A DNA stretch of 632 nucleotides from Escherichia coli (GTDB lineage Bacteria; Pseudomonadota; Gammaproteobacteria; Enterobacterales; Enterobacteriaceae), in the NCBI RefSeq assembly GCF_003334785.1, contig NZ_QOWV01000080.1; one strand, given 5' to 3'. The notes beneath the pieces were generated by a model. The model was not told where the DNA came from. It worked only from the letters and a program-made list of their open reading frames with translations, and made no database searches. This document shows positions 1 to 632 of the stretch, in pieces. Position 1 is the first letter of the stretch; each line of letters starts with the position of its first letter. The translations under genes and the position numbers were made by a program.

Positions 1-3
1 GAA

Positions 4-93
4 TGGCCCTCCAACCGTGTTGACGAACTCCTGCCATGGAACGTAGTACTCACCAATAAATAAGCGTCAATACGGTGCTCCGTTGACGCTTAC
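4..93. repeat. Left arm of a long imperfect inverted-repeat pair bracketing the IS30 fragment
   Basis: Position p pairs with position 636-p of the right flank: 59/90 complementary by hand count, no gaps. Perfect blocks include 67-76 (tcaatacggt) with 560-569 (accgtattga), 87-93 (cgcttac) with 543-549 (gtaagcg), 4-8 with 628-632, 13-17 with 619-623, 37-41 with 595-599. Confidence 0.8.
61..92. repeat. Hairpin-forming inverted repeat inside the left arm: perfect 10-bp stem, 12-nt loop
   Basis: 61-70 taagcgtcaa is the exact reverse complement of 83-92 ttgacgctta; the loop is 71-82 tacggtgctccg. On the minus strand the stem is followed by TTTATT (complement of 55-60). The corresponding region of the right arm (544-575) does not form an equivalent hairpin. 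Confidence 0.7.
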
Positions 94-542
94 AGATGAA
101 ATGGTCTCCAGAGCAAATATCAGGATGGTTAAGGCGAACAAAACCACGTCAAAAAACGCTGCGAATATCACCTGAGACAATTTATAAAACGCTGTACTTT
201 CGTAGCCGTGAAGCGCTACACCACCTGAATATACAGCATCTGCGACGGTCGCATAGCCTTCGCCATGGCAGGCGTCATACCCGCAAAGGCGAAAGAGGTA
301 CGATTAACATAGTGAACGGAACACCAATTCACGAACGTTCCCGAAATATCGATAACAGACGCTCTCTGGGGCATTGGGAGGGCGATTTAGTCTCAGGTAC
401 AAAAAACTCTCATATAGCCACACTTGTAGACCGAAAATCACGTTATACGATCATCCTTAGACTCAGGGGCAAAGATTCTGTCTCAGTAAATCAGGCTCTT
501 ACCGACAAATTCCTGAGTTTACCGTCAGAACTCAGAAAATCA
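94..542 (+). mobile_element. Internal fragment of an IS30-family insertion sequence (transposase gene body only; neither IS terminus present)
   Basis: Translation of 96-542 matches, from my memory of the protein, the central part of E. coli IS30 transposase InsI (MKWSPEQISGWLRRTKPRQKTLRISPETIYKTLYF...GHWEGDLVSGTKNSHIATLVDRKSRYTIILRLRGKDSVSVNQALTDKFLSLPSELRKS). Upstream of 94 the frame hits TGA at 84-86 and the expected ...LVLEKLE is absent; downstream of 542 the expected ...LTWDRGMELA is replaced by unrelated sequence. No IS30 terminal inverted repeat is recognisable. Boundaries are approximate to within a few bases. Confidence 0.85.
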
Positions 543-569
543 GTAAGCGACTCGTCAGAACCGTATTGA
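96..569 (+). pseudogene. insI: Truncated IS30 transposase ORF (InsI-like): 149 internal codons fused to 8 flank-encoded codons (VSDSSEPY) and a TGA stop
   Basis: Supplied ORF track 96-569 (157 aa). Contains the HWEGD motif typical of the first catalytic Asp region of IS30-family DDE transposases but lacks the N-terminal helix-turn-helix region and the distal catalytic residues. The ATG at 96 is an internal Met of the native protein; the 15 bases upstream (ttgacgcttacag) carry no GGAG-like Shine-Dalgarno; in-frame TGA at 84-86. Confidence 0.8.
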
Positions 570-632
570 TATTTACTGAGAGCTCAGATCAACTTTCCAG
601 GGCAACAGATCGCGTACCCGGTTTGCCGGCCA
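543..632. repeat. Right arm of the same imperfect inverted-repeat pair; begins at the first base after the IS30 homology
   Basis: Reverse complement of 543-632 aligns ungapped to 4-93 at about 66 percent identity; the strongest blocks are 543-549 and 560-569. The arm reaches the window edge and may continue beyond it. Confidence 0.8.

Noticed and set aside
20-49. Possible sigma-70 promoter: ttgacg (20-25) as -35 with tagtac (44-49) as -10 at 18-bp spacing
   Set aside because: The -10 candidate matches only 3 of 6 consensus positions and lacks the conserved final T; the second ttgacg at 83-88 has no plausible -10 at all. Too weak to call.
47-549. Eukaryote-like exon signature: branch-point-like tactcac (47-53), 3' splice-site-like ttacag ending at 95, 5' splice-site-like gtaagc at 543-548, and an in-frame 447-nt exon between them
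   Set aside because: cttac and gtaag are simply the complementary inner ends of the inverted-repeat arms, and the content is a bacterial IS30 transposase fragment; the splice-like motifs are best explained as a by-product of the palindrome.
57-575. Integron attC-like recombination site, given the imperfect palindromes around a gene fragment
   Set aside because: No GTTRRRY core or RYYYAAC inverse-core sites at the expected places (gttgacg at 18-24 and 82-88 fails the consensus), and the two arms are inverted copies of each other instead of each being a self-contained attC palindrome.
576-611. Interrupted palindrome ctgag-ag-ctcag (576-587) and duplicated cagatc / GATC sites (586-591, 606-611) in the right arm
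   Set aside because: Too short to exceed chance expectation and without an obvious functional reading; noted only as possible fine structure of the arm.
34-630. Six-base palindromic restriction sites in the flanks (ccatgg 34-39, agtact 45-50, gagctc 580-585, gccggc 625-630) hinting at a cloning-vector or engineered origin
   Set aside because: About 1.5 palindromic hexamers are expected by chance per 90-95 bp flank, so two per flank is not enriched.
1-632. Complete IS30 copy or IS30-derived MITE
   Set aside because: Only the central part of the transposase gene is present; neither IS30 terminus nor its terminal inverted repeats are recognisable, and the flanking repeat arms are unrelated to IS30 ends.

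Overview
This 632-bp window is a symmetric structure: a 449-bp internal fragment of an IS30-family transposase gene (about 94-542, + strand) sits between two 90-bp flanks (4-93 and 543-632) that are imperfect inverted repeats of each other in exact register. I recognise the ORF product (96-569) from memory as the central part of the E. coli IS30 transposase InsI, roughly residues 141-289 of about 383, including the HWEGD motif. The fragment lacks the N-terminal DNA-binding region, the C-terminal part of the catalytic domain and both IS30 termini, so it is a non-autonomous remnant, not an intact IS. The ORF reads 8 codons into the right flank before a TGA stop and has no obvious ribosome-binding site. 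The flanks are not IS30 ends; pairing position p with 636-p gives 59/90 complementary positions by hand count, with no indels. The left flank also contains a perfect 10-bp-stem hairpin (61-92). I see no rRNA, tRNA, CRISPR array or convincing promoter. All identifications are from reading the sequence and from memory; no database search was run.
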